A stretch of 63,805 nt of DNA, counting the filler, from Diploschistes diacapsis (lineage: Eukaryota), in NCBI GenBank assembly GCA_023645945.1. It is 22 parts of 22 records of this genome, joined end to end, with 100 filler letters (N's around TTAATTAATTAA, not from the genome) between each part and the next. Parts side by side here need not be neighbours in the genome. Positions count along the whole stretch, not along the records: positions 11,524 to 35,135 come from JALAIB010000259.1; 21 more parts are not named here. One strand, given 5' to 3'. The notes beneath the pieces were generated by a model that had not been told where the DNA came from, ran no database searches, and saw nothing but the letters and a program-made list of their open reading frames with translations. Numbering within the stretch: the stretch's first letter is position 1; each line of letters opens with the position of its first letter. Position numbers and translations under genes: made by a program. Below are positions 12,771 to 25,268 of the stretch, piece by piece.

Positions 12771-12956
12771 CGAAGTGATCCCCAGACTAAAGGGCTAGCA
12801 CCGTGCTAGTTGGGCATCACGCAAGCAGAGGGTCTTTGATTCCTTTGGTCACGTAGCCTGAGCTAGCTACCATGACCAAAGGAATAAAAAGATCCCCTAT
12901 TTCTGTGGCGCCGGCTAACCTAACACGATGCTACCTTTTATTCTGGGGTCACTTCG
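12771..12956. mobile_element. Palindromic MITE (Tc1/mariner-type, TA TSD), 186 bp
   Basis: TA|CGAAGTGATCCCCAGA...TCTGGGGTCACTTCG|TA; imperfect inverted repeat over almost the whole length. Confidence 0.8.
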
Positions 12957-13591
12957 TACATATACGACTCGGGGGCCTTGACCGTCATTGTACTGCTGTT
13001 TGGAAATGTGAATAGAATCTTTTAGGGAACGTATGTATTGAGTTCTAGGATACCTAGAAGTCTTAGAGTGCACTCCAGCTGGTCATGCATTCTGCCTGCA
13101 TGCTGAACAGAAATTATTCATATTCTTAAAATAAGGTTTAGGTTATGTGTTAACACTGGATTGGCTGAGAATACCTAAAGAGAAAGAAAGTTTATTTTAA
13201 CGATTAATTGAATCGAGTTAGTCTCACTTTTTGGATCTAAATGAATACGAAGTTAGCATCGCGCTAATCGATGCCACGCCGGCAGGGGGTCTTTCACCAT
13301 ATATCTTAAGTCTTTTACCATTCATCTCCAGTGAGAGGACACGTTGAGCCTTTGGTTGTATTATTGTGTGGCGTCGACTAGTGCGGTATTAATCTTTTAC
13401 TCTGGGAGAACTTCGGAACGTTAATAAGCTTCGTATACCATTCCTCATATCTTTTTATATCATCCAGTTTCTGTGTTTTACGAATGTCATCTATCTAGTA
13501 TCTAGCTTATAGCTGCACCTGATCTAACTTTATGATACTCACGCGCCACTGTATGTCGAACTCGGAAACACTCCCGCGAAGTTAACAATTA

Positions 13592-15948
13592 TTAACCGTT
13601 TTTGATCGCGTCCGCAATCTTCTCGGTAAGCATATCTAAAAATGTTAAAAAATATCAGTAAATGTTTTACCCATTACTCACAAACGGTAGCCTAAGGATG
13701 CCCTGACGACAGTAATGGAAATGTCGATACATCGACAACACGCAGGTTTTGAACGCCAAAGACTCTACTATAGGAATCCACGACGGCCCGAGGGTTCCCA
13801 AGGACTCCCATGGCACCTAATAAAAACAGATAAATCTTTCGTGCATATAACGCAGCTTCCGTCCGGTGGATTCATAGGTTCCACTCGCATAATATACCGT
13901 CGCCAGGGTGTTCCTAATATATTCTAAAATCTACACGTCTAATACGAACGCCGGTTCGAGCGATATTTCGGGCCCGACAATAAGCCCTGTTGCATTCATG
14001 ATCTATCTCGCGCGACGGAAGGCTGCAATTGCTACTTCCTGGTCCGTCGAACTATTTAACTAGTTAAAATATATAAAAGGATTAAGTGCCGTGTCTATTA
14101 ACTTGACGGTTACGTTACCGCGGGAAGTAAAAGCTGCTAGAATTATTGTTATCTCGGCGTAATTATTAGTATTATTTACGGGCACGCTCGTGTACGTTAT
14201 CGATAAGATTTCGAGCTCGGGCCAGTCTATCGAGAATTACGATAGATCGTTTCGGGTCTGCGGGCTCATTTAATTCCTATATGGCTCGGGAACTTTCTCC
14301 TAGTCTGCTACCTTTCAGTTCCAGAACCCCTCCATAGCGGTCTGAGGTCGCACTCACTAACGGCATTTTCCCCTGTGCTTGACGACAGAGGACCCGTTTG
14401 GTTGGTAAGATAGTCTTCTGCAGCCTGATCTGCGAAAGAAGCGTTGTTCGTTAACCGGGAATCGGTAGACACGTTCACCTTTTACGATATACTAAACCCT
14501 AATTGATCCTGTTATATCATCTACTTTAGAACCAGAACAGGCATCGTTCAAAAAAATAAAACTAATAGACCTACATATAGGTTCTAACTTACGCCGGATA
14601 GCTCCGATATAACGATAACGTTTAGAATCTCTAGAATTTACTTAGGTCCTATATCAGAAACCATGAGCAGCTACGGGAAACGAAACTATAAACAAGTTCA
14701 ATTTCTATTCCTATTTATAAGATTAACGGGCCATAAAATCATAAACACGCACGGCGCCGATGGACAAGATAACTTCCTTACGAGCCGAGATCGTTAAATT
14801 AATACCGCTTATCGAAACCTTTACCCCTATAACTACCTTATCAGAATTGAAAAGAATCCGCCGTGTTAACACTTACTGGTATACTTGGAACGTGAAGTTG
14901 GCGAGTGCTACTTATATATAGTATTAACGTCTCCGATAAGCTTCTCGTGAACGAGAAAAAATCGACGGCTATAATAAACTCGACGAATCCCAATAGACTA
15001 CCATTGTTCAGACCTAGGATTTCTTGCAGTCCTACTTTTTCAAGTTTAGACTTAATAGCATCTACGAATGGCTGGTAATAGTTCGTGTAGCCTACCTGCA
15101 AAGGCCCGTCATCTGGGTCGTACGCATCGGCATTATACGATATCGTCGGTCCCCGGCGGTTGCTGTAATTTAGAAATATAAATTGCGGGTTTTTCTTGAA
15201 ATATAAGAAGAGCTGTTGGAATTGAAAGCTCTAGTCGTCGATCATATCCGTCCACATCTAATAAGCCCCGATCGCCGATCTAAGAGAAACGTGTCAGATG
15301 GCCCGAATAACCATGTTTGGCCCAACGAACCTCTGGTAGGCAAGATAGTTTCGTGCTGAGCTTGAGCAGGATTTCTTAGCCAGGACCCATCTTCCTCAAG
15401 GAACGAATTCTTGCCTGCCTCCAAGACATTTCCCTTGTGCGAAGTGGACCACGCGATTATTCAGTTGCTGATCAGAGGACAAGGTTAGCATAGATTACAA
15501 GCTTCGGGGAATCATTTACTGTCTGTGGAAGTGTAAGTAACCCCCAGTCGACCAATGGTTGAATATCAGTCGGACTGGGGGATGTGCTGAAGGTATCATA
15601 ATAAGGAATCTGGGAATGGTTGCCGTTTGTGATTTCGTAAAAACTGCCTGCCTCGATGACCGCGACAGAGCTGGAAGGGTCTTCAGACAAACGTTTGGCC
15701 AACGTGAGGCCGGCGGTGCCTCCTCCAACAATCTTTCATCTCTCGCGTTAGTTATGACGGCATCGGAAAGGCTCATGGAGCTCGAGTGGGCATACCACGT
15801 AATCAAAGGTGGAACTGACACCGGCAATCCCGAAAGAGCTTCCGAGCAACCTTGTCTTTGCATTGATCTGTGTGTAACCCCACGACGCTGCCGACAGAGC
15901 TGAGAAGTAGGCCAGTGATGCGGCCGCAATGTGGAAGGAACCCGGCAT
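13592..15948 (-). pseudogene. Secreted GMC oxidoreductase (AA3-type, VBS/PatE-like), multi-exon, inactivated by RIP-type stops
   Basis: Signal-like N-terminus, GSSFG...TFDYV|IVGGGTAG FAD motif, QGKCLGGSSARNY, C-terminal LRVVD.S.FP...GHP*AT.YMLTEKIADAI; in-frame TAG at 15258-15260, 15231-15233 and 13692-13694 where CAG is expected. Confidence 0.9.
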
Positions 15949-16535
15949 ATTTACTTTCTCTGCTGCTTTCAGTGTATACGTCCTGTGGATGAGGTGAAAG
16001 CAGTTTGGCAGCAACCAAGAGATCGTGTCATCTTGCAAGATCCAACAGCTTGTTCTTATATTGGTCAAGCATCTTATACGCTCACCGACAAGCTCCAAGT
16101 CAGACTTACACGTCATGAGGGAATAACCTTGCATCGAAACGATCTCTAGATTACAATAATTTCTCGGCCGGCATCTTTACTAGCCATCATGGAACAGATA
16201 TCACTACACCTAGGCTCCAAAGTTAAAAGATGCAGACCACCAGATCTTCATACCTTTACACCAAGCGGCAGAATGATTTCCAGTCTGCCGGTATTTCGAG
16301 ATACTAGGGATACCAGTCTAGGGCAGCCGCAGATGCAATAAGATACTGATTTACGATCTTTTACCTTTTATTACTAACTTAACATCGCCACGTCTTACAT
16401 ACATACTAATAACGACATCATATAACACACTGCTTTCAAGGAGACACCCTTCTTTCTACCGTTCGCAACGCAAAAGTCGAGTACATAATCGTCAAATCAC
16501 CTCTGATAATACTCGACAGGAAGGTTTCACACCTA

Positions 16536-17813
16536 TTACCATTCTTCGGGCCTAATTGCCATCCTCGAAAATAAGGCTGTTTCTTCCGAGAGATGGAAAT
16601 CGGTAGTCTTCTTAATTTTCAGGTCATCCAAAGGCATCACTTTATCATAACTAACAGTGGTCGCAGTGGTGGCACTCGATTGCGTATCCCCCACCCCGCC
16701 CGATACTGGTAGCCCTTCCAAATAATGTTCGCTCGTTGGTATATAATACTTTGGTTTGCGGGACCAGCCAGACTCAGAAAAGAACTGATAGATATGACGT
16801 GACAGAACCAGATTGGCGCAGATAATTACGAGCGTTTCCTCCAACCTATTATTTCCGTAAGTTCGGATATGGCAGTTTGAGGTGATTGAAAATAATTACC
16901 CGCACCATAAAGAAATAAGACTTCGGCTCCCTTGTAGTAAGCATTAGCAGGAAATGCTGGATAAAAGACGCTCCTGAGACTGCTTACAAGTCAAATCGCT
17001 GGATAAGTTCCCTACAAATAGAGACATTCTCACAGCGACACAGGCTGTTGCGCTGGCAACGATCAGGCAACGTGCGTTACGCGGCGCGTAAGTACTCACA
17101 CTAGTCCGAGGCTCATCAAGCATCATATAGCGATCTTCAGGCGCCAGCGCATTTGGACCCTCCAGAGAATAATCACTGAAAGGAAGCAACAAATGCAGTC
17201 GGATGCAATCGAATAGGCTGTAATGATTCAGCACACGCGTAGCCAACGTAAATAAGCATTCTTACCGACTTGAAAGTAATTCACATCGTTCAGAACTTGA
17301 AAACTCCAACATGTACCAGCGCTTTTGTCCCAGAAAACATCAAGAAGCGCACACTGGGCGAAAAGAATAACGAATGAAACGATTACGGTTATGATCAAGC
17401 CAGCCATCAGACTATACAAAAACCATTTGAGCCAGCCGGTGTTCTTAATTCGCTGCACAAAAAAACAAATGGAGATTTTGGTTAGAGGAATGATCAGGAA
17501 CAGAAAGGACCTCAGTGATCCAGTTCCATTTCAAAGCTGTTTGGATCTGAGAAGGTTTCAAGTAGTATTCGTGTCGTCCGTCTCCCTCGCTAAAAGCAAG
17601 GCCCGTGATGACTGCCTGGGCGATCAAGAGCAAGACGGCGATTGCGATGGTGAAATCGCCCCAGCCGAGCTTTCCGCTGATAGAACGGACGGCCAGCCTG
17701 AGTACCGTAGTCGCAGTGGCGATGGCAGGGAAGATGCTCCAGATGATAATCAAAGCTGGACCTCTGCTAACGTCTCCATCCGGTGGAGGTTGGGGATTTG
17801 CAGCGCTTGCCAT
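16536..17813 (-). pseudogene. Pth11/SAT4-like (fungal rhodopsin-domain) integral membrane protein, frameshift and stop
   Basis: P.GDVSRGP, LRL.VR...LGWGD, G.GRH..YL, TKISICFF, FAQC.....FWDK..G.CW, E..LVIICAN motifs; +1 frameshift near 17505; TGA (TGG expected) at 17123-17125. Confidence 0.85.
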
Positions 17814-19357
17814 GGCGCAACGATTGTCGAAGCTGGTGGTAGGCTTTCGCTATCTTTGGTCTGGGACTGGCCGTTGCCGGTGGTACTCAATCCTGAATCC
17901 AGACTTGTGGGCACCAATGGAAACATCGGCTGCTTATAGACGTTTGGGACAGCGGAAAGGAGTTCAGCATCCACAAGGAGGCCAGCACTCGATGCTACCT
18001 CAAGTGCCATCCATCTTCTACTCGCAACGGAGATGGAGGTGGTATGAGCAGATAACAGAATGGGGAGAGCGACCGTCCAATGCTTGACAAGCCTTCAGGG
18101 ACATGGCTAGTGTGAAACATTTTTGAGTTCGGGATCGTCAGCCATAACGCCATTGTTTCTGTCAAGCCAAACAGTATTAGGCGCATATTTCCCAAACAAA
18201 TGGTCCAAGTAGTCCTGATCCCTCCTCATATGCGTCTTTTATACTTTTATTGCGAATCTGATTTTTGGCGCCAAGAATGTACTTGACGATTTGTAGTAAT
18301 CTCACTCCATGTTTATAGATAAATTAATTTACTACTATTAATATAAAAGAACTATTCCCTCGGGTCAGATGGATATCATATTCTTTAATTATATCGGCAA
18401 CATTATTCTTGTCGTTTCTAACGGAATCTTCTTTTAAATAAACAAACGCTTGATTTAGGCCATGATGGATGTTTAAAAGTCCGATTCGAAGAACTCTGAA
18501 AGCTTGTTAGAAAAACATGCTGTTATTAACTATTGAACGCTTGAGCATTAACTCATATGATTCGTCCTTCGAGTGGGGTACTGGATATAGAACCTACAAT
18601 CGTGTTATCAGCTCCTATAAGGGTGCATCAGTAGCTTACGCAACCGTCCTTACCTCATCCCAATATAAAAGCAGGTAAGGTGCAACCAGCACGGGTGTGT
18701 GAGGTAGATTATTGTTGCATGCAGCTAATATGCCGCAGAATCTCCGAGAGCGATTGCCCGCTCCTGACCATGCATAAGCGGATTGCATTCATGAACTCCT
18801 GGCCTGCGAAGCTGTTGCGCGGCGTGTTGCTTGATCGAATGCTACTAAGAAGTGACGAATATTTTCTTGTCCGCTCAGGGGACGTGTTGCGAAGGATTCT
18901 GTACGTTGCGCGCTAGGTATACATTTACTGCGTGAGGGCTAATATGGAGGCACCTTTCATGCCCGATTGACGCATCGAAGGGCTTCCGATTGCCATCTCG
19001 GTTTCAGAGTCTGAAGCTAGCTTTATGAGTGCGAAAGTGGTAATGATGGGCCTTGTACCTCTACCCTGGCGATAGTGGCTGCAGAGCCGTTGGGCACCGG
19101 AGAGATGGCAATCTTTGATCAACAAAAATCCAGGAGGCGGCAGGGGCCCTTGAAGTGAACATGCCTCAACTCGGAACTCCAGGTGGTCGATGTCTTTCCA
19201 AGGTAAATAGTACCAGCTTCGCGTAGGATTAAATAAGGTGAAAGAAGCGTCGGGCATGTGGCTGCAGAAAGAAACATAGGTGAACATTTGATATTCGAAG
19301 TCTGTGCATACGCTCGCTGCTTTCCTTCCACGCCTCTCATTCTCCATCTTATTCAAG

Positions 19358-21313
19358 ATGCTGGGCCATTCGCTTTCTATTATTATGGCTCATCCGTTTG
19401 CCACAATCTTCCTCGCCAGTATCCTCCTTGTTCTCTACCGAGCTCTGCGCAACAAGGATTCGTACCCGTTTCGTGTCTTTAAAGGACCAATTTTAGGATC
19501 CTTGACGGACTTTTACCATGTCTATCTCTTTGCATCGAGAGAAGCGCACGTGAGGCTCCTGGATCTCTATAAGAACTATGGTTTAACTCTATCGTCTTTA
19601 AAAACAGATAGAGCTTAAGAGATATCTAGGTTCCTACGTTCGGGTCGCGTCGAACTTTCTTTCGATTACCGATCCGACACTGCTTCCTTAAGTATATTAT
19701 AGACATGCAAACAAGACTCCGTTTTACAGCATTGGAATAACGGGCGAGATCCCTTCTTTACTATTGATTCAAAATGATACGAAACATGCTGCAAAGCTAA
19801 AAACCTTAGCACCTACAGTATGCTTAGACGCAAGTCGCAGCTACTAGCATGCAAACATCTGATTATAACTAATATTCAATAAAAAACATTCGTCTTCTAG
19901 AAAGTTCCGTCGACGAACAAGTATCAAGAACGATAAAAATGCTTAAATCTCGCGTTACTTCTAATAATAAAGAAATCGATATAACCGAATGGACGAGATA
20001 CAGTGTTCCGAGTTTAAAGTAATTGAAATATTAACTTTGATTAAGTGGCACCTTTACGACACCATCGCAATACTGATATACGGTGAACCCGTGTGCATAA
20101 TCGAGAAAGCCTAAGACGTGGACAGATTGATATTAGAGTAGCATCACGGCTTCCGTTTGGGAGGACTTGTAGCTACGCTGCCCTAGCTTATACATCCAAT
20201 CATTTCCGCCTCGGGCCTTAAACCGATACTTATGCCGCGCAAAGGACATTTAATAAAAAATAGACACATTATGTCGGTACGTCTTCGTATTACCCCGGCA
20301 TTTCTTTGCCCCTTAGTTTATAGGAAGACTGAATGAGAACCGTTTTCAGGTACATGAAAAGCTCTTTCAACATCGCTTGCAATCCCCTCATTTAGCCAAG
20401 CCTGGAAAATTTTTCGACAGGTACATGACCAGACTTCCCATGTTCTGTGGATGTGGTTGACCATTGTAGCCTGCTCCAATCGAAAAATGTAAATGGAGAC
20501 AAAATGAGCCTCAGCGAAGCAGAGCAGGAATGCTTTATCCTCACTGTGGGAGCCCAGGATACCAGCGCTTCCTTCGTCAGTGCGTTTCTGGACTTTATCT
20601 TACAGAACAAAGATGTATACGAAATGCTCTTGTCGGAGATACAAAGCCTGGAGCAGGCAGGCGCTCTGTCCCATCCGGTGGCCCAATACAGCGAGACATT
20701 GACGATGCCCTACTTCATGGCCTGTGTCTACGAGACTCTTCGGCTCATGCCATCCGTCTCTATGGTTCTGCCCAGATACGCTCCCAGTGGCGGCATCTAT
20801 ATCGAAGGGATCTGGATTCCGGAGGACATCGAGATAGCTGCAAACCCTTACGTTGTGCATCGCAACACCAATATTTTCGGTTTCGACGCTGAGGTTTTCC
20901 GGCCACGGCGGTGGATCGACAGTTCGCCACGTCGCCTGCAACTGATGAACCGGTACTTCTTTGCGTTTGGATATGGAAGCAGGAGGTGCTTGGGGAAGAA
21001 CATCGCGCTGTTCGAGTCCCAGAAGTTTCTCATGCAGGTAAGTCGGTTTTTACCATTCCCGTGCAGGGGTCCTCTCTCCGGAATCAAAAACTAATTGTTC
21101 TTGTTTCGTTCACCGGTTCAGCTCCTCCGTCAATTCAAGATGCAGTACGTTTCACAGAACCAGTCGATGAGAATCGAAAATTGGGGGATCAACATGTTCT
21201 TCGATCAATTTGTCAGGCTGAAAGATCGCCCGAGCATGGCACCCGCTACCAAGACAAGTGCTCCAGGTATGAAGATCGGGCAGGACCATTCGGACAATCA
21301 ATTGCCCACATAA
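19358..21313 (+). pseudogene. Cytochrome P450; 5' half with nonsense mutations, 3' half open
   Basis: N-terminal TM anchor, GAQDT I-helix, ETLR, FRPRRW, FGYGSRRCLG heme motif; stops at 19689-19691, 20112-20114, 20139-20141, 20184-20186. Confidence 0.9.
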
Positions 21314-21791
21314 TTGCAAGACAAGTAGTGGCGAATTCTCTGGCTTATTGCATACCGTGGAGGAGGGCGGAGGCTGGAGTGTAGCATCTTTCGACTTACC
21401 GTATGCATCTATCATCTAGTGAACATATATGAGGCTTCACGTCGTAGCACAGCGTTTCGTTCGGGATGGGACAAATCGTATAGGCATCCTGGTAGAAAGT
21501 GTGGCTGCTTGTTATCATATCATGTACGCTTTCAGGCCATCGCCGATCTAAGACAGTCATGTACTGCATGCCACTACTTCACTTTTGCTTATGCAGGGCT
21601 TTGCCGCAGCGGTACAGTCACGTTCGTTGATGGACGATGGCCTTAATCAATTGTTTGAATCGGTGTGACGTAGAGACCAATCCACGTGTGCCTCCAGATA
21701 CAAACCTCCAGATCAGGTCTTTAGATCTTCTTCGCTGTCTTGGAATTCCGTTGCCAGCTACATCCAGAACCTCAAAAACAAGGCAGTCCAG

Positions 21792-22767
21792 ATGGTAGCA
21801 GCGAAGACAAACGGTGCAGCGTCCGAAGAGAGGGGAATCGAGCCAAGCACGCCAGCATGGTACAAGCCGGAGCTAGGATCCCGTCTCACGCCGCTCATGC
21901 GCAACATTCTACAGAACTACAGCGACATCCCCCCCGAGTCGGTTGAGCAGCACGTGGCCGAAGTGGTAAGCTCTTTCCGAACGGCCGGAGCGTCGCCGAC
22001 CCACTCCCCCCCTCCCGAAATTTGCACCGCGGCATTAGTAGTTGACGAGTCCGCAGCGCGAACGTGCATGGAACGAGCTCCCACGGTATCCATGCGTCGG
22101 ACAGTGGCAGTTCCTCTACTCGCAGACGCCCTTGCTGCCCGGGTACAAGGCCATGGTGGAGCGGGTGCGGGAGGGGGCTTCGCTGCTCGACCTCGGGTGC
22201 TGCTTCGGGCAGGATCTGCGTATCGTCGCGGCCGAGGGCGCGCCGACGCAGAACATGGTCGCGTCCGACGTGGTGGGCGAGTACTGGGAGCGTGGCTTCG
22301 ACTTGTTCCGCGACCGCGAGAAGATGCGGGGGCGGTTCATCCAGGCCGACCTCTTGGACCCCGGATCGGAGCTTGCGCGGCAGATGCGCGGCAAGATCGA
22401 CATCGTGATCGCGGCGCACTTCTTCCACCTCTTCAGCTGGGACATGCAGGTTCAGGCCTTCAAGAAGGTTGTTGAGCTCGTCACCCCGACGGGCTGGATC
22501 ATGGGCTACCAGATCGGCGCTAGCCCCGCTAACGAGATGCCGGCCGGCCGGACCGTGGGCTCGTCGAGCACGAACGCAAAGTTCTATCACGACGAGGAGA
22601 GCTTCCGCAGAATGTGGCGCCAGATCGAAGACGAGACTGGGATCAAATGGACCATCGAGGCTGTTGACTTGTGTCCGCTTGCGGAATGGAGGATGCCCAA
22701 GGAAGACTTCCAGTGGATGGGGGAAGATAAAATGGGGCTGAGCTTTCACGTTTCCAGACAGTCATAA
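21792..22767 (+). CDS. Class I SAM-dependent methyltransferase (AusD/Trt5/AdrK-like fungal family), exons 21792-21965 and 22057-22767, 294 aa, intact
   Basis: L.NYS.IP...V..HV | RERAW...YPCVGQWQFL, LLDLGCCFGQDLR, GFDLFRD, FFHLFSW, FYHDEESFRRMW; GTAAGC...CCGCAG intron keeps the frame. Confidence 0.9.
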
Positions 22768-23024
22768 AGGAGTAATAATGGCGCTTAGCTTTCATAACCG
22801 CCCTGACGACTTTATCTCCATTTCAGCTTTTCCTGCGCGATCTTCAACCCCTCATGCTGGCTTCTTCCCGCGCTTTCATTATCCCGTAAGAACGAATAGC
22901 GGAGGTATTTGGCAGACACCATCTGTTGAAAGCCAAGATCTCAGTACAGGCATGGCGGCCCATTCCCCCCCCCCTTTCTTTCCACTCCACTTTTCTCTCG
23001 TCAGGTACATCTCAAGATTTCAAC

Positions 23025-24238
23025 ATGTTTTCAAAGGGCCACACTAAGCTTCCTATCTCAGAGAATGAGTTTGTCCTACCAGCTTTTTCCTCAGCACGAG
23101 CGAGACATTACACGCATCGTCGTCCAAAAAGCTTTCATACTCTGCCTCCTCTGCTCGAATCTCCTCCTCCTCATTCTTTGGATGAGAGAAGCACCCTCTA
23201 GCGAGTGCGTGGGCCCGATCTAACATCTTATCACATCATACCGTAGTTGACTGACAGACATGAGCACCGGGCCAAGCACGTCATCAAGTACGACAAACGG
23301 CGTCTCTGGAAGAGCATTGAGGACGATGTTTTTGCGGGCGCTGCTCGGCGGGCACACGATGCAGCATGGAAGCATCCAGTGGGAACGTTCGTGTCGCCGG
23401 AGTCGCGGGCTAGATACTGAAGACTAACATATCGAATCCCAGCCGTGACCACCCTGATCTCTCAGCACGATCTCGCACATGATTAACGATACTTCGATCC
23501 CGCTCAAGGACGGTTCCCGGTTCATCGACAAGTTAGGCCGTCTATCACGAACTCTCCACTGCGTTGTATGTCCTTCCTGATTGTTGATAAACTCATACTG
23601 GACCTATGTAGAAACGGATCCGCCATTCCACCACTATTACACCTGAAGCCACCGAAGCTGACCGGATCAGGAATGCAAGCACATCGGTAAGCCAGATCAA
23701 TTTCCTTGCCCTCTTCCCTCCTCCCTCTTCTCTTATTCCTGCTCCCCAGTCCGATTCAGGAGCACCGCACCACCTGCTCCCCACCGAGTCCACATATAGT
23801 GTGCCTGCCAAGGTTCCCATAGTAATTTGTATGCATTACATTACACATACGAGCCACAGCTGACACTGTCGCAAGAAGGTCATCCAGATATTGATGATGT
23901 AGATGGCCTGAAAAGCGACGCATTGAAGCTCTGAAAATGAGCTCTAAAGTTGTATAGAGAAAAGTGAGTTTCATTGTGTGCGCTACCAAATGACTTGAGA
24001 AAAGGCTCCAGGAAATGCACGTGCAGGTTTGTATGGGACCTAACTTAGCGTTGTACGCAGATTATCGCTGGGCGCTGGGCCATAGGACATCCCATGGTCG
24101 ACTGTATACAGCGACAGCGACCCACGAGTGCGTGAACTGGGAGAGCCTCGACAGGTGGGCGCACACGCGCGGATGGTCGATATGGAAGACTATGGCATTT
24201 TAAATCTTGACTGGCCGGGTATCAGAGCCGATGCCTAG
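23025..24238 (+). pseudogene. UstYa-like (DUF3328) oxidase, frameshifted
   Basis: N-terminal TM helix in a shifted frame (AFILCLLCSNLLLLILW), F.G.....HDAAW, VYHEL[+2 nt]HCV (HXXHC) at about 23540-23565 followed by a GTATGT donor, C-terminal HECVNWESLDRWA; second HXXHC not readable. Confidence 0.75.
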
Positions 24239-24409
24239 AAACCAGTCTAAGCAGGCATTGTACCCACAATGTTTTCCACTGTGTGGAATCAAGTGTGTAG
24301 TGAGAATGGTACTTTGGAAGTTCATCTATGTAGGACCCATATGAAGCGGCTATGATATGTGATCTAGCATGTTATTAGGATGGATCATGTTAGAAAGTCA
24401 AGGAGTGCT

Positions 24410-25268
24410 TATTTGACGAAGCTGGTACGCCAGCACAGTCGCACACCACATCCACACCGCATCAGCTCCTCATATACCGACACTTGCTGCGGATCAAAGA
24501 CTCTGTCGCGCCGAGAGTCGACACCATCTTGCGCCGCGACGGGGATGGCTCGGAAATAGAAACATCTGTCACTCCTTTTGCGCGGAGTGCGAGCAAGACG
24601 GCGCATCCGATCGACCTCCACCAATAATGAGGGCTTTAGACTAGGAATATAGAAGCTGAGAAAGCGAGACCGCATGCCAGCCTACGGCGAGGGGCTCCAC
24701 CAGAGCTTTATGAACAATGAGAGAATGCCTGAGGCTGGAGTTTCGGACCTTTACCTCCCATATCTGTGTCAATGTGGTCTAGTGGGCGGAATACCCTCGT
24801 TGCATCGACGACCATTGCTTCGCTGAGTCCCCCACCCGCCACCATTCAAGCCAATAAAGCCCAGTTGTCGACAGCAGTTTGGGATGCCACGCTCACACGC
24901 GCCACGTAACCCATCGCTCAAGACCGGGCTGATTACCACACGAGCCCCAAGTTTCTAGTAGCGGAGTCGATATTGGAGCCTACCTCGGCCACTACAGCTG
25001 AGAATTCATGGCCGAGCGTAATAGGCGGAGCCTCTCCCGTTAACGGGGCGACGCTTTAAAGACCCATGAGAACTGCGGTACATAGAAGGCGTGTATGTCA
25101 GAGCCACAGATGCCGGTGAAGAGCAGGTCGAATTTGTTAGGGTTGCAATGAAACAGCTATCTTAGGATTGGTTCCATTGAGCATACTTTGACTTTACCAG
25201 GTCCGCATTGTGGCTCAGGTATCGTGTCAATACGAATATCTTTGTTGCCGTGTAAGCGGGCAGCGCAT
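24410..25268 (-). pseudogene. Zinc-dependent MDR dehydrogenase, (R,R)-butanediol dehydrogenase-like; multiple frameshifts, 3' end lost
   Basis: Read across frames: MR.ARLHGNKDIRID.IPEP.CGPGKVK | TGICGSDIH, PITLGHEFS, CERG.PNCC.QLGFIGL.G.GGGLSE, ALVEPLAVGWHAV, IIGGGPIG, VDVV.DCAGVP; not recognisable as a single ORF in the track. Confidence 0.85.

Noticed and set aside
17814..19357. Possible RiPP precursor or hidden gene between the SAT4-like gene and the P450
   Set aside because: No signal peptide with KR-delimited repeats and no recognisable domain in any frame; treated as a divergent intergenic region
24409..24675. 88-aa ORF with dibasic sites next to UstYa as a candidate precursor peptide
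   Set aside because: It is an out-of-frame read of the dehydrogenase pseudogene
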